Positions 36,061-50,539 of a DNA stretch of 64,000 bases are shown piece after piece; the stretch's first letter is position 1, and each line of letters opens with the position of its first letter. The DNA comes from Okamejei kenojei (Eukaryota): the NCBI GenBank assembly GCA_035221665.1, contig CM069155.1, positions 23,932,001-23,996,000 of the forward strand, given 5' to 3'. Made by a program: the position numbers and the translations under genes. A model generated the notes under the pieces. It was not told where the DNA came from, ran no database searches, and saw nothing but the letters and a program-made list of their open reading frames with translations.

Positions 36061-38434
36061 CCAATGGTTCCTGTTGCTTCGTTCTCACCTCGCTCTGCTC
36101 ACACAGCAATGTAAGGTTGGGAAAATGTTAATAACGCTTTGGGATTGGTAGATAGGATGCCAATCTCAGTATCCACTTTTTAAAACCCACTTTCCCATTT
36201 TTCGAACCTGTTTTAAGAAATGCTAATACACTAGAAATTTCAGAGAAGGAGCAGAATTCTTCTTGTGACGTTTCCCACTGGCACAGACTGGGGAGAGTTT
36301 CGGGTATCAAGCATTTTAATATTGTGAATACCAACAACATGGCAATTCAATGAATATTTACACCAGTGTGGCGGTTTAATAAATGTTGAGTTATAAATAC
36401 AGAACGCAGAGAGGCAGTCAGGATGTAAGGAAGCATTACAAGATAATGTGCCAAGGATTGTTGAGTGCATTCAGTTGCATGTCATCAGTAAGTTAAGACT
36501 TTGCAACTTCAGATCTCTCACTGACATTGCTCTAAACCAGCTTCACTTGGGGAAATGGATAGCAGGCAGGATACAATTAAACAAGAGGAAACTGATCATT
36601 GCCCTGCCAGGGGGACGTGTGGTGCGGTTCTTTACACCAGTACATCAGCACAAGCAGCATCTAAAGTTAACATCTCTCTGAGAGGCAGAGGTTTCACTGG
36701 GACACAGCCCATCTCTGACGTTTCACAGCCCAGCACTTCCTCATCACTTCCTCGTGGGGACATCGATTTTGTGTTCAAAGCGCAGAATTGGTCCTTCAGG
36801 CCTTGGAAATGGATGTTTCTGCACACACATGCCACCTGCCACAGGGAGGTCGGGTGGGAGAGGACTGAAGGTCACCTCGGGATCAGGATGCCTTTCAGGT
36901 GAGCGGTTGGGGAGAGGGTACGAGTGGAGGTCTCCAGCGAGGGCCATGCTTGGACTGAGGAGGTGGGAAGAACAAGCAGGTGAGGAAGCGGTGGATAAAA
37001 GGTGAGTGTGGGATTATCCAGTGTGCAGTGCTCTGAGTGCAGAGTATTCTGAGGAGCACCCAAAGGTGAATGCCCACAGGACATCACGGACTCATCCACA
37101 GGCACTGCGGCAGAAGGGTTGCCTGGGGAAAGCCCCAGGATCACATGGACATTGTTTCACACGCCCCTCATGCCAAGAAGCGCCCTGGTCAATTTCTGGA
37201 TTGATGCTTAAGCACATTTCAGTTGGGGAGCGCTGTATTAAACGCTACACAACATCCGTTCTGGGCCGCTGCCTGTTCATTTGGAACATTTGACTGTTCC
37301 ACACTTATTCTGTTACCCACACTGAGAACAGGGCACATTCCGGCTTCGGCGGCAAGTTCCGAAGTCACAATGACGTTAGGCAGGCTGCATACTTGAAGCA
37401 AATTAATTGAAATGCCCTAATGAATAAAAAATTGCTCAATGCTAAAAAAATACAAACCTCATTTGCAACTACTGACAGGATCAGTGTTCTGTAAACTGCA
37501 GATAAAAAGGAAGCATTCATCTCTTTGCATACAGCATAGACTAATAAATTGCACATTCAGCAATTCCATCTTTACAAAATCACCACAATTCTCGGAGATA
37601 TTTGTTTTATTACATTATAACTATAAAGCTTTGAAAATGTGCTTCATGACATTTGGCAGCAGCTCACTATATTTAATGTGCGCAGCATTAAACTAATTTT
37701 GGAGCACATGTTACGTTTGCAGCAGGAATGTTATGCCAATGCTTTAAGCCCATTGTGCTCACATTCAATGGAAATATCTCGGGTCGCTAACATTCAGTGT
37801 AGTGGAAACTGAAAGAGCCAAAAGTTTTATTATGCTCAGTGTTGACAAAAATCAAAAGCGGTTCCTTTCCGTTTCTGCCAGCATCCACATTTCTGGCTCC
37901 AGCTCGGTCAACCTTCCACGTTGCTGGAGTGAAGCAGGCTCTGAAACCCCAGGGTTTGGTTCTCACCCTCAGATGTCCTTCAGAGTCCGAGCCAGCCATT
38001 GCTGGCTACATCCCTCTGCTGTTGGCACACTGCCTGCCTCAGCCCCTGCCTCTCCCAGCCTCGTCCGTGAGCTGCTTCCTCATCTCCTCCTCTCAACGTC
38101 ATGCTCCATGATATCACAGTCCCTCACTCTGTATGCCCCTTGCCCTCTGCCTACCTCATTACACCATATTCCCACTGCACACATATCAAGGTCCAATTTC
38201 ACACACCGTCCAAGCCCACTTGAGTAATGCATTCTCTTCTCACATAAGTTCTGCTCTTCCAACTTCAACCCAATGCTTGGCGACCATCATTTGGAAAACA
38301 GTCCTTCAGTTGCCATGGGCCTCCTCTTTAGAACTCTCCCAAGATGAGTCATCTTGCCTTGCTATTAGTTGTAACCTCCAGAAACCTCAGTGACATTTGC
38401 ATGTTACCTGACTGCATAGGAGGAGGCCACTTTA

Positions 38435-38570
38435 AGCAAAACACAAAACGCTGGAGGAACTCAGCGAGTCAGGCAGCATCTGTGAACGGAACGGATAGGT
38501 GACATTTCCGGTCAGGACTATTCTCGAGATGCTCAAGATTCCGGCATCTGCAGTTTCTTGTCTCCACACG
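38435..38570. mobile_element. Older Penelope-like element (inverted arm plus tail)
   Basis: GCTGGAGGAACTCAGCGAGTCAGGCAGCATC...GGTGACATTTCCGGTCAGGAC...GCATCTGCAGTTTC. Confidence 0.7.
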
Positions 38571-38654
38571 CTCCCACTGATTTTCCATATAACCTCCACA
38601 CTTTTCAGTTTTTCCATCATCTCTCCACGGTTTACGCCATTCATCTCCACATGA

Positions 38655-38912
38655 GGGGCAATTAACATGGCCCATTTACCCATCAACCAACATGTCTTTG
38701 GGATGTGTAAGCAGGCTGGAGCACAGGGAGACAAGGAGAACATGCAAACTCCACAACGGGGTTCCGGATCAAGCCCGAGGCTGAGCTATGAGGCAGCAGC
38801 TCTCCTTGATCCAGCAGGGAGAACGTGCAAACTCCGCACAGACAGCACCGGAGGTCAGGATCGAACCCGAGTCTCTGGGCTGAGAGTGACAGCTCTACCA
38901 GCTCCGCCACAG
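38655..38912 (-). mobile_element. HE1/V-SINE fragments (two adjacent pieces)
   Basis: GAGAACATGCAAACTCC and GAGAACGTGCAAACTCC...GGATCGAACCC. Confidence 0.75.
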
Positions 38913-39089
38913 TGTCGAATCTGTGTTTGGCTTTTGCAGAGTGATGTAGAAGGTCGAGGACAGACGTGTTGGTGTGGGAGTTGGGAGTTGGAAGTAGAGT
39001 TAAAGTAACATGCAGGCGGAAATGGTCGGTGCTCCACAGCAGTTAGTGATCTACACTTCCAACCAGATTTCTTCCTCTTCTGCTCAAGT

Positions 39090-39400
39090 CTGCCACCCCA
39101 TTTCCCACCCCCTGAGTCCATCTGCTCACCCTCCTCCCTGTCTGCCTCCACCTATCACCTCCCAGCCTTGGTCCCAAACTCCCCACCTGACTTGCTTGCA
39201 TTTGCCCATCATACCTTTCCCATCCGGCTCCACCTATTACCTACCACTTGCCCCATCCCCTACCCCTGGTGACCGATCCTGCCCCCTCTCAGTCGATGCA
39301 GGGTCTCAACCTGAACCATCAGACCCTACTTTCTGCCTCTACGGATGCTGCCCAGCCAGCTGAGTTCTTCCACTGTTCTGTTTATGTTCTCGATTCCAGC
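39090..39400 (+). mobile_element. Old Penelope-like pLTR
   Basis: Pyrimidine-rich body, CAGTCGATGCAGGGTCTCAACCTGAA degenerate hammerhead, GATGCTGCC...GCTGAGTTCTTCC. Confidence 0.6.
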
Positions 39401-41611
39401 ACCGGTAGTCAGTCTTGTCGGGCATTAACAATGTTTGCTGAAATTTTATTGGTTGTGAAGGCACAAAGGCACTTTAATATTTTCCACAATGCCTCACAGA
39501 GCACTCACTCCTCTCCACAGAAAATTCTCTTTAATCCACAACATGGGTAAAACAAAGATCTCACAGCTTTTATGCACAATATATTATTTTTGAAACCAGT
39601 TACTGATCTTAAAACAACGGGCCCCATAATTCAATAAGAGAGCCAACATGTGAAATGTAAAAGCCATGTTACTCTGTGGAAATGTTCGTGCTGTGAATGG
39701 TGGCATTGTTTTAAACAGCAAACTAAGTGCATTTTGGAACAATATTAAAAGCAACTGGAAGGTTGAGTATAAAATTGCAAGTTTTCGTTAGAAAAATTCC
39801 CCACTAGATTTCCTATTTATGAAACAATGCTAGGAAATTAAATGATAATGCATTCACACAAATCTGCAAAATCCATTTACAATTCTGGGAATTACATTTC
39901 AACTGGACTCCAAAATAAATCTTTAATTAAGGCAGAGCAGAAATGTACAATTCAAGTCCCAAGAATGGGCTCAATTAATTTACCAGTGAGAGTGTCCAAG
40001 CGAGTGAGATCAGTGATAGATGGTTTGTGGTTTTAATATCTACCATCATTATCATACCATTTATTTAATTAATTAGAACTACAAAGAAATGAGCAATCTG
40101 CATCTAAAGTGCAAGCAAGCCAGCATCGCTCACCGAACTGGATCTTAGTTTCACATCAGAAGGTACGAATTTAAACCTATTCCACGGTTCAGCCACGCAG
40201 TTGTGACAGGGAGCAGTGAGGGATCACTGCATTAATGGATGTTCGACTCTGGACAAGGTTTTAGCCCATGGGATGATTTTAAATTCCAGCACAGCAATGT
40301 CCCGGAGTTCAAAATTGGAGAGTGTGTCTGTCTACGTGAACAAAATAATTTAATTTAGCTGGAGTTTCATTGATAACCAAAGGTGACATTACCTAAGATT
40401 TACAAATGCTGTCGTGTAAATTAGACTCTGACCCTTCAGTGATCCGCTGAAACATGCAACAGCAACGAAACAACGATGCCGTGATAAATGTCAGGCGTGA
40501 ATCATCCTAATCTGCCGCTTGTGATGTTTAATTAGATATTAAGCTCTGAGCTCCTCCTGATGTCTGGCCATCAGGGCTTTTAAGTAAAGATGGATCTACA
40601 CTGCCACATTCGATGAATTTTTCATGTCAAGAATGAAATATTACTTTTATTCCTTTAAAGGAGTCACAGATAAAATGAATAGCTGGAACTTTACAAGGGA
40701 TTATCAGATCGGACTGACTGACATATTATAGCCATGCTACAAGTTCAGGCCAGAGAATGATCAAAATACTTCATTGTTTTTAAGGTGGGAAAAACTGTGT
40801 GTTATCACAGAGGCAGGGCACTCCATTCATGCCAGGTAATAGAAACTTGGACAGATCAACAAGGCACACAAAGCAGACTGGGACAGCTTTTGAGATTCTG
40901 CCCCCTTTTGTCTCTTTCCTCAGAGTTCCTGCTCAGCGGAGAGGAAGTGGTGTCTGTTGAGCACCGTGGTGTTACTCGGTGTGTTGTATCTACGCCCCAG
41001 TGTAGGGGCTGTCACTTTTCTACAGTCATTCCCACGTCTCTGCACAACACCTATCTTTGTTCTCATGGCATCTTTAGTTTAAAAACGAAAAACGTTACAA
41101 GAGCATTCTGACATAGAGAACAAGAGGTATTATGACAGATATCAAAAGCTCGGTCCGAAAGGCACAGTTTAAGGAGGATCTAAATGGAGAAAGGAGTGAA
41201 CGGGAAGTTATGGAAAACCGGGAGTTTGACAGTTGAATGCCAATGGTGGAATGCATCAACCAAGGTACATGGAAGAGCTTAGCAAGTAGATGCCGTGTGA
41301 TTTTACAGACTGTGGCATAATGAGTTCACAGATATTGGGATAGTTATCAAACCATACGGGAATGTGAAAAAAAAGGTTAAAATGTCAAAACTTGTGGTGT
41401 TGATTTACGTAGGTGAACAGACTATTGATGTCACCTCAGATGAGGTGGACTCAAAGATATCTTCAATTTACAATCCATCCTCTGCCCTCCTCCAAATTCT
41501 GCAATACGAAGGTTTGGAGATCAGTAGTCCAGCTTACGCCTCGGGTCAGGTCAGCTCCGTTTTTATGGGACCCGCGTATGACTTGCAACTACTGATGATT
41601 TGTATCACCCT

Positions 41612-41705
41612 CTCAAACAAGGGTCCTGACCTACAACGCCTCCTCCCCATGTCCTCCAGAGTTGCTGCCTGACCCACTGAGTTGCTCCAGCACGTTGTGT
41701 TCTGT
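41612..41705 (+). mobile_element. Degenerate Penelope-like hammerhead element
   Basis: AAGGGTCCTGACC...CCAGAGTTGCTGCCTGACCCACTGAGTTGCTCCAGCAC. Confidence 0.65.
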
Positions 41706-43004
41706 GCAGCATCACTTGAAGGAAGCATTAATCAGGCAATCATTCCACAAACGTCCCATCTCACAGTAACATCCTAACCCTTGTCTCTTCTCCCTTTCTG
41801 AAAGGCTCCTTTCATCACTGGCACTCAGTTGAAGGAGACACCTCCAAAGCAAAGCAACCCTAGCGAGGCTGAATTGGTGTGTGTTGCAACCTTCTGGAGT
41901 GGCAGCGCAGTACAGGCACTCGACTGGGTTCAGACAGTGCGCCAGGGAACCACATGAAGCCTTGCACTGTACCTCGCTACACGATAAACTAAACGGAACT
42001 GAACTGAGACACCCACCATCAACGGCAGACGCTCATGCAGAGCAGATATCATCGCATGTCTGCCGCGGAGAGTTTTTCAATGCAGTTTTTGCACTCATTG
42101 TGCTGAAACCTATTTTTAATGGGATAGTTTTCAAACCAGAAAGGAACATGAAAAGCAGATTGGATGGCAAACGGCTGATGACAAGATACTCTTCAAGGCT
42201 CACTGAGCAACACTGGGTGGGCATTTCAGTGACCGAATACCTTTCAGCAAAATGAGTGCCAGAATTTCAATGAGAAACTCAATTTTCCATTCATGCTGGT
42301 GATATATGCAAAGGTAAACCGATGAGTTTAATGGTGCCTATCATGGTAAATGAATCAAACATGTAATGACCTGTGGAGAGGAAGAGATGCCATGTGAATT
42401 GTTAAAACCACACAACGCCGGTGGATGCACGCCATCCTTATTAAAGCAGCAACGTGCCCTCAACTGGCTTTCAAGAGTTTAACACCTTTGCTCGCCATGT
42501 GCCCACTTAAATTGTTGCTCAATATTAGGGCTGGCATTTACGTATCTATTCAATATTGAGATATATAATCTATTTGATGCAATCACAGACATTGTCTTAA
42601 TTTCAATTTCCATTCTTCACTTTTCCTATGTATCTCTTTGTTCTTTCTCTCTTAATCTTTCTATTCCATTCTGTTTCTCTCTATGTAATTGGCTGACTCC
42701 AGTTCACCTCAGTTGCTCTTCCCTTCAGTTTCCCTTCCCTTCTCTGTCCCTGTACGAGAGCTGGTGTCTGCCAATCTCCGGGGTCAAAGCTTACGGGGGA
42801 GAGTCCAGCTAAGGTGCTCCAGCAGGATCTCGGTCACTACATTAGTGTGCAACAGTACAAGAGCACTGCAGCAAGAAAGCGTAGCCCGCTTCCGAAGAGG
42901 ACAGACCTCTGCCATCGAGAGTAAATGGACTCTTGCAACACCACTGACCGAACATCAGCCAACCTCCACATCATCTCCAGTCCTTGACTTGATTCCAGTC
43001 AGAT

Positions 43005-43262
43005 TACCTCACAGCACCAGAGACCCGAGTTCAAAGCTGACCTCGGTTGCTGTCTGTGTGGAGTTTGCACGTTCTCCCGGTGACGGCGTGGGTTTCCTCC
43101 AGGTGCTCCGGGATCCTCCCACATCCAAAGACGTGCGAGTTTGCAGGTTAATTGGCCCCCTGTCAATTGCCCATGTGTAAAACTAGTGTGAACAGGTGAT
43201 CGACGGTCAGCATGGACAAGGTGGGCCAAAGGGCCTGGTTTCACGTTATAACTCTAAAAAAC
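43005..43262 (+). mobile_element. HE1/V-SINE
   Basis: V-domain and CTCTAAA tail. Confidence 0.85.
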
Positions 43263-44457
43263 TATGTAAAGAACATTTTGAGGCAGCCTGGGGAAAGGCT
43301 TCTAATTTTAAGCAACTGTAAAAAGATGAAATGTACAAAACAAAAACAAAAAGTGTTCACATTATGGAAATGAAATCTGGCTTTGAAACGTAATACATTG
43401 TGAAACACAAAAGTTAAAAGCATCAACACTGACAGATTCCATCGCCTGGCTCTCAAAGCAGCTCACAACATCTATCCTCAGCTTGGCCTTTCCTCTTTCA
43501 TGAGATGCATCATTATTTAAACTGTGGAGCATTAGGCTTGCATTGACACTTTGTAAAGACAATAGTGTTTAATTCCCCTCTGTTACCACCTAATGAAAAG
43601 TGACAGCATGTGTTCTGGCCTTTGTCCTTTCTCATTTCAGAATGAGAGTTGAGCAGAGTATAGGGAATGATTAGCACAGATGATGTTCTGTGCCAAACAT
43701 GATTATATTCTAAAGCCACAAGTGTGTGGGGTGTTGGGAGAATTCTAATGATCTAAGAGGCAGTCATGGCACGAGGGTGAGTTCTGCTTCAACTGTGCTA
43801 CTGCACAGGGCCCCTGGAACACGAGTCCTGAGCATCAATAGCTTGTGGAACAGGAGCATAAAGGTTGTCTGCTGGTGCACATGTACAGCATTACTCCCCA
43901 CGGCACAAGCAGATGAGAATAGTTTCACTTGGCATCACGTCAGCACAGACATTGTGGGCCGAAGGGCCAGTTCCTATGCTGTACTGTTCTTTGTAAGTTA
44001 AGACTGGGCAAGGAGCATCCATAACCTACATGCACAATCCTTCCCTCGGCCTGCTGGCCAGGAACTATTGTGATATTTCCATTTCTGATTCTATTATAGA
44101 ATATAAAATAATAAACGGCAAATGTTTATTTTCCTTTGTGGGGATTTGGGGTTCCGGAAGCACATACGTTGATTAATTGTTCCCCAGCCGCTCCACCATG
44201 CTGTGCCATACCAGGCCACTGCTCCTGCTGTCATTATTATGCTCAACCCCAGCTCTCCGCTGCTCTCCCCACCCACAGGGACTCTGTTCATTGGGCCGGG
44301 TGAATGGATCGAAATGCACGCCAGACTAAATCTTTCACTACCATCTTCTTGGGCTCTTTTTTGATTTGAAGGACATAGATCTTTAAAAAATATATATATA
44401 TACACTTTAACTCCGAAGCACACTCCTATATAGTGGGGAGGGGAGGAAGTGTGCAGT

Positions 44458-44496
<39 letters not shown>
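44458..44496. repeat. Poly-G homopolymer (39 G)
   Basis: Counted directly. Confidence 0.9.
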
Positions 44497-44497
<1 letters not shown>

Positions 44498-44499
44498 CC

Positions 44500-44870
44500 C
44501 TTCCTCTGACCTCACAGCTTACTACTTTTTTATCCTTATCTGACACCCTGTTGTCTACTTCTACCCCGGCCTATGCATGTCCACCCATCTGCCAATCTAT
44601 CTCCCCCACCTGTATCCACCTATCACTTGCCAGGATTTGTTCTGCTACCACCATTATTTTCCCATTTTCTCCCCCCACATCAGTCTGAAGAAGGGTCCCG
44701 ACTGGAAATGCCGCCTATCCACGTCCTCCAGAGATGCTGCGTAACCCGCTGAGTTACTCCCGCACTTTGTGTCTTTTGCTCTCGACCTGAAACATCGACC
44801 ATCCACAGATGCTGCCTGGCCCACTGACTCCTCCAGCAGTTTGTTTTTTTTGCTCTGGTTTCCAGTCTCT
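44500..44870 (+). mobile_element. Penelope-like pLTR with hammerhead motif (44682-44714) next to an older family copy
   Basis: CAGTCTGAAGAAGGGTCCCGACTGGAAATGCCGCC, then a second CTCGACCTGAAACATCGAC. Confidence 0.75.
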
Positions 44871-45867
44871 TGGTTAATTCTCGTTCCCCTGACGCTTGAG
44901 CCACCCGTCACGGGGAACAACTTCCTTCTAAGCAGTCTGACGAGAGCCGCCGCGTACGCCTCCATCAAATCTTCTTTCATCCGTCTTTGCTCCAAGGATT
45001 ACAAACCCGGCTTTCACAAAATAAACTTATCCCAAATAAATAAATTTATCAGCTCCACACTTCTTTCGGCACAACCCATTAAGAGCAGGTGGGCATCATG
45101 TTACAATGGCTTTATCCCAGCATGTCAGGTTAAAGCGCTAATGGACGTCATGTTCCTTCAGACATCTTTTTTGACGTTTATTTATTGGATGGATTATCTG
45201 AGGGAGAAGGCAATGGCAATGTGGTTGAGCTTTCATGTTACACAAACAAACCGGTGGGGCCAGCTGTGTGGTGCGCCACTCAGCCCTCACAACTCCAGGC
45301 CCAATGGGACAAAGGGACCTCAACCAGGATGACTTTCAAGTCGCACAAAGAGAAGGGAAAGGAAAACTTCACAGCAGCCAACTTGGACTGAGAGCGGAAA
45401 GCGAGTAACCAGCCTTGCTGCAGCTGTACTGAAGTAATCGAAAATGTGAAATACAAACCATGCATAACCACAAAAATACTTTGGCTTTCCAACTGCAAGA
45501 TTTTTCTGCCTTTTTGCACGAGATGACATCAAGGCTCACAAAATGTCGCAACTGTTTATAACTGTCCAGTTTTGTAAGGAACAAAAATAGTTTGAATTTC
45601 ATGAAATGAAGGTCATGCAATTGTTGCATTTAACACTTTACTGTTCGGTTGAGATTAGTCTAGATATAACATGGAAACAGGCCCTTTGGCCCACCGAGTC
45701 CAGGACGACCACCGATCGATCACATTAAGGGCATGTCTCACTTACGTGTGCTTGGCACGCAAATTACGCGACCTCGTGGTCGGAGGTGTTGCTTCAGGTC
45801 CCATGATAGGATTTGAAATGATTTAAGCTGGGAACCCGGGAGTATTTAGGGAGTTCTGCAATGATAG

Positions 45868-46060
45868 TGGAGATACAGATGCCGGAATCTGGAGCAAGAA
45901 ACAAACTGCTGGAACAGGTCGAGTGGCACCTGTGGGGGAAGGAACGTTTCAACGTTTCGGGTCGAGCTCCTGCATCGAGACTGAGCGTGGGGTGGGAAGA
46001 CAGCCAGTATAAAGACGAGAAGGAACAGGGGTGAAAGGCCGGTAGGTGATAGGTGAAACA
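45868..46060 (-). mobile_element. Old Penelope-like pLTR
   Basis: ACGTTTCGGGTCGAG hammerhead remnant with tail. Confidence 0.6.
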
Positions 46061-47519
46061 AGGAAATAAAACTAGGAAATCTGGATGAATAAATGTACAT
46101 TGATTGATCTATTCTCAACCAATGAATCAAACTGCTTTGTCTCAATGCAGGTATTAAGCATTTTAATGACATTAATGATATATTGGGCAGATTTATGAGA
46201 CCGTGGATTGAGAATGTGATTTTATAATACAAAAAATATGTAGAAAACTCACTCGTGTTACAGCGGAGCATGGAGGTTGTGAGACTGTGTAAAATTAATA
46301 AAACTCATGAAAGACGACTGCAGCTGTAAGTGCACAACCCATTCTGGCAAGCTGCAAGTTTTTACTTTATTTCCGATTCATATGAACTCAGGCTGTTTAT
46401 CAAACATTTTTGATCATACAACTTGACAGACTAGGCGAGTTTTTTCTATAAAAGCACAACTGGTATTACATTTTTTCCATGACTGAACGAGGCAGTGTGA
46501 CTACTGGAGCTGCGGGATTTTTTTTTCAAGCTTCTCCTTTTTTTAAAACGGAACCATTAATCATATTTTTTCTGAAGGTTTATGAAGGGTGAATTTAATA
46601 AGATTTCTCGACTTTGCTGCCAAAAGCTACATGCAATCTGCAAGGTCAGTGGGAGCTTAAAATTTAAAACCTCATTCTTTTTAATTCTGAGATCAGAAAG
46701 CAAGCGCTCCCTGCGTTTGAGTGACTCTCTTTACAGACCTAATGGATAAGCAACATGCATTAATAAATCTCCCACTTACATGAAACCGGGTGATTTCCTT
46801 GTAAACCTTTTAACCGTATTACTCGGATTTCTTTGGTCGTTTTAAACAATTAGCAGCGACGCTAGCATCTGCCAGATGGTAAATCTAAGTGTCCACTCGA
46901 TCTATTATTTTTAATAATGCTCGTACAAATATCTCAACTCATTATGCAGATATAGAGGATCAACACACACTTCCGTGTAGAAGAAGAAGCAATGTTCTCA
47001 ACTACTGACAGGTGGAACCCATACTGGAGAGTGCAAACTTCTGTCATACAGAGTGGGTAAGGCCTCGGTGCCTGAGTGTTTCAACATTTAATAAAACACT
47101 GGACATTTTTTTTTAAGTGATTGTGTGATAAAATATTAAAAAATGAGGCTTCCCTGTGAACATTAAGATGCCAGCTCCATATCTCTGAACCTTCCTTCTC
47201 CCACTGCCAGCTCTTGCTTGGTTTAATACAACGTGGGCTGCATGTCAAACACATACCCATAGTTTCTCCCTCCACTTGCAGGAACAACAAACTGCTCAAA
47301 ATTAGTTTGTTTTTTTTAAAAAAAGGTTAATAACAAGTTGCATTATTTATTGCCAGCAGGTAAATAGTATATACCAAAGAATGTGTGAAAGTGCCTCTGA
47401 AAGGAAACTGATGAATGAAGAGAGAGCTTTATTGTTGGCCTCTGGGAATTCACTCCACACTTGTCTCTGATCGGGTCTGGTTACCGAGTATTACTGATTA
47501 TTAATTTATTGTATTAGAG

Positions 47520-47830
47520 TCACAGTCATAGAATCATAGAGCACGGAAACTGGCTCTTCAGCCCAACCTGTCCACGTCGACCAAGATGCCCAATCAAACC
47601 TAGTCTCATTTGCTCACGTTTGGCCCATATCCCTCCAAACCTTTCCTATCCATGTAGCTGTGCAAGTGTTTTTTAAATGTTGTTATAGTACCTGCCTCAA
47701 CTACCTCCTCTAGCAGCTGTTCCACATATCCACCTCCCTTTGAGTGTATTATTTATGATTGAATATTTATTTGCGTGTTATTGCATTAATGGGCCTGTTA
47801 AGCTGCAGCAAGTAAGAATGTTATTAGACA
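47520..47830 (-). mobile_element. CR1 3' fragment (-) followed by Rex1-like tail (+)
   Basis: Similarity to other copies in the window. Confidence 0.75.
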
Positions 47831-48074
47831 TTCGTGACTCTCCCAGCATAGACATGGACAGAGCAAGCTCTTTAGGTTTACAACCTATAATAAGTATCTT
47901 TCCGCTTTGTCAGAGACTGCATTAGAACAGACCATGGCATTGACCCAAAAGACTTAATTATAGCTCCATCATAATCATAATCAAAGCTTTCAAGATGTTA
48001 TCTGAAGATGGTGTAAAAGTCACACATTCTCGGGTTGTTCTTCAGAGCTTTCCTAGTCCAGAGAAAAATAGAAA

Positions 48075-48400
48075 AGTTTAGTTTAGTTTAGAGATTCAGC
48101 ACGGAAACAGGCCCTTCGGCCCACCGAGTCCGCACCGACCAGCAATCCCCGCACATTGACACAAGCCTACACACACTAGGGACAATTTACACTTATACCA
48201 AGTATACAAACCTTAGCCAATTAACCTACAAACCTGTACGTCTTTGGTGTGTGGGAGGAAACCGAAGATCTCGGCGAAAACCCACGTGGTCACGGGGAGA
48301 ACGTAGAAACTCCCTACAGACAGCGCCTGCAGTCGGGATCGATCCCGGGTCTCAGGCGCTGCAAGCGCTGCAAGGCAGCAACTCTACCGCTGCGTCACCT
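48075..48400 (-). mobile_element. Near full-length HE1/V-SINE
   Basis: (GTTTA)n tail, V-domain, tRNA head GGATCGATCCC...CAACTCTACCGCTGCG. Confidence 0.9.
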
Positions 48401-48962
48401 GTTCAAAGTTGAACAGTTGAATAGGAAGGCGATGGCTGGAGGCCCTGCAGCAGCCTGGGGCTTGCCTGGATCGGGCGACGTTCATAAGAACTGGAACGTG
48501 GACTGGGCTCTGAAAATGGTGCAAAAACATGGCGCCTCTTGCGTGCCAGCTCATTAGATTATTTTTGTGTATTTGCAAGTCAAGGATGTGCTTGGGTATG
48601 GCACTACTGTACTGGACTGTATGTAAGAACTATAATTTCACTGTGCATTTGCACATGTCACAATAAAAGCACCACTGAACCATCTCTGTGTCCTGAACAA
48701 CACCTACTCACTTTTCGCTTTGTTCTTCCCCCGTTTGGAAATCCCTCACCTCTGCATGGAACATTTGACCGTGCTGCAAATCAAGACAGTCAGGCAAACA
48801 ACGCAGGGTTTGCCATTCTGTAGCACTCGTTGGGAGATTTCCCTCCTGTAATCAGCAATGCAGGGATACTCCAGGCCACAGTAACATGCTGAAGTTGACT
48901 TTGCCATCTAACCCGTCATGAAATCTGCAGAAATCACCTGCCTGGCCATTAAAATGCCGAAA

Positions 48963-49058
48963 TAGTCCGATGAAGGGTCCCGACACGAAATGGCAGCTGC
49001 CCATTCCCTCCCCGGATGCTGCCCTACACACTGAGGTCCTGCAGTACTTTTGTGTTTA
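48963..49058 (+). mobile_element. Degenerate Penelope-like hammerhead element
   Basis: AGTCCGATGAAGGGTCCCGACACGAAATGGC. Confidence 0.6.
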
Positions 49059-50400
49059 GATTAAAATTGCACAGCCAATCCCAGGATAATCGTGAGGTCT
49101 AGGATGGAAAATAAGTGAATTTAGGGATGATCAGTATTTGGGATGCGATGGTATGTCCAGGAGAGTTGGAGCTGAGGGAGCTCTCTTCCTCATCCTCCGT
49201 CTGGCTCCTCAAAGAGAGCAGTAATATCGCAGGGACTGGCAAGCACGCAACGAAAAGCTTTTCATTGTATCTCGGTACACGTGGCAATAAACTAAACTGA
49301 GTTTAATAAAAGTAAAGTAGAATTAAAGAAGAATGCTTACCCTCTGAGTTTTAAGCTCCCCCCCCGGTTCATCAATCATAATGAAGCCTTAATTTTGGTG
49401 AATCTCCTCCATTCACCATTTACCGCAGAGCTCTGCTGTACAGATGTATCTGCACCTGCACACCAAGGTCTCACTATGTAATGAGTCTTAAAGCAAAATA
49501 GCTGCCACAACAATCTGCCTGGATATCAATGCTGGTCGCTACAGCAACATCTACACATCTCGACAGCAGAAACATCCAAGGACCGTCAGGGGACCTGTTT
49601 ACCTCACACTTCCCTTTGTCCGATAAGGCCTTGTTGAGTCTTTCCCACCAGCTCTTATCAGGTTTTTGTTTAACAAATATAAACAGGGACTATAGTTGGT
49701 ATTGTTCGCAGAATGTTACTTTTCTTCCCGATCTTGTAAAAACACTCTGAACACAATGATTACTAAGTGCTTGTCAGAGAAAAATGACAAGTTTAGTTCA
49801 CCCAGTGCCAAGTAATCATACTGCAGCACCTGCCTCTTCAGGGAGCTAACAGCAGCAGGGCAGCGAGCCAGCTGATTGCAGACTATCAAACAATATAGGG
49901 AGAATTGTTTGTTGAACAAAATGCATGAGAGGCCTATTATCTCCCTTTTACAGGTGGAAGGAAACAGTGCTTGATGACGAGTTCAATCAGTACAGCTTGT
50001 TACAAAGCAATTGTATGCTTCATTGTAAGTGGAGTGCACGCACATCTTACAAGAGGGATATCCACATGTGCGGAAGAGTGGTGATACTTTTTAAATATAA
50101 AAGGAAAACAATTGTCATTCTGATTGCCCATTGCTGACATATACTTCTTTGTTTAAGAAAATCAATCGCTCAGCGGGAAGGCATGTATTTCACCTTGTCT
50201 CCTGAGTAAACGTGAGAGAGTCATAGTGCTATACAGGCGAGAGAGCTGCTTTATTTTTCTTCAAATACAAGCTAGTCTGGTGGAAGGAAAACTCTAGAGA
50301 AAGAAATAGTCTATTAAAGTGAAGGGTTCTTGTGCCTACAGCTGAAGGGTTGTCATTGGGGTTTGTCCTTGAGGAAGGCAACACAAAACATCAAAGGCAC

Positions 50401-50539
50401 CAGTCTGAGGAAGGGTCCTGACCTGATCCAAATCGCCACCTTATCCATGTTCTCCAGAGATGCTGGCTGACCCGCTGAGTTACTCCAGTACTTTATGTCT
50501 TCTTTTGTAAACCAGCATCTGTAGTTCCTTGTTTCTACA
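50401..50539 (+). mobile_element. Penelope-like element with damaged hammerhead and tail
   Basis: CAGTCTGAGGAAGGGTCCTGACC...GTAAACCAGCATCTGTAGTTCC. Confidence 0.75.

Noticed and set aside
44094-44688. Poly-Pro and poly-Gly ORFs
   Set aside because: Translations of the 39-G homopolymer, whose length may also be a sequencing artefact.
45725-45790. TTAAGGGCATGTCTCACTT, possible PIF/Harbinger-type terminus
   Set aside because: No matching second TIR found, so it is not called.
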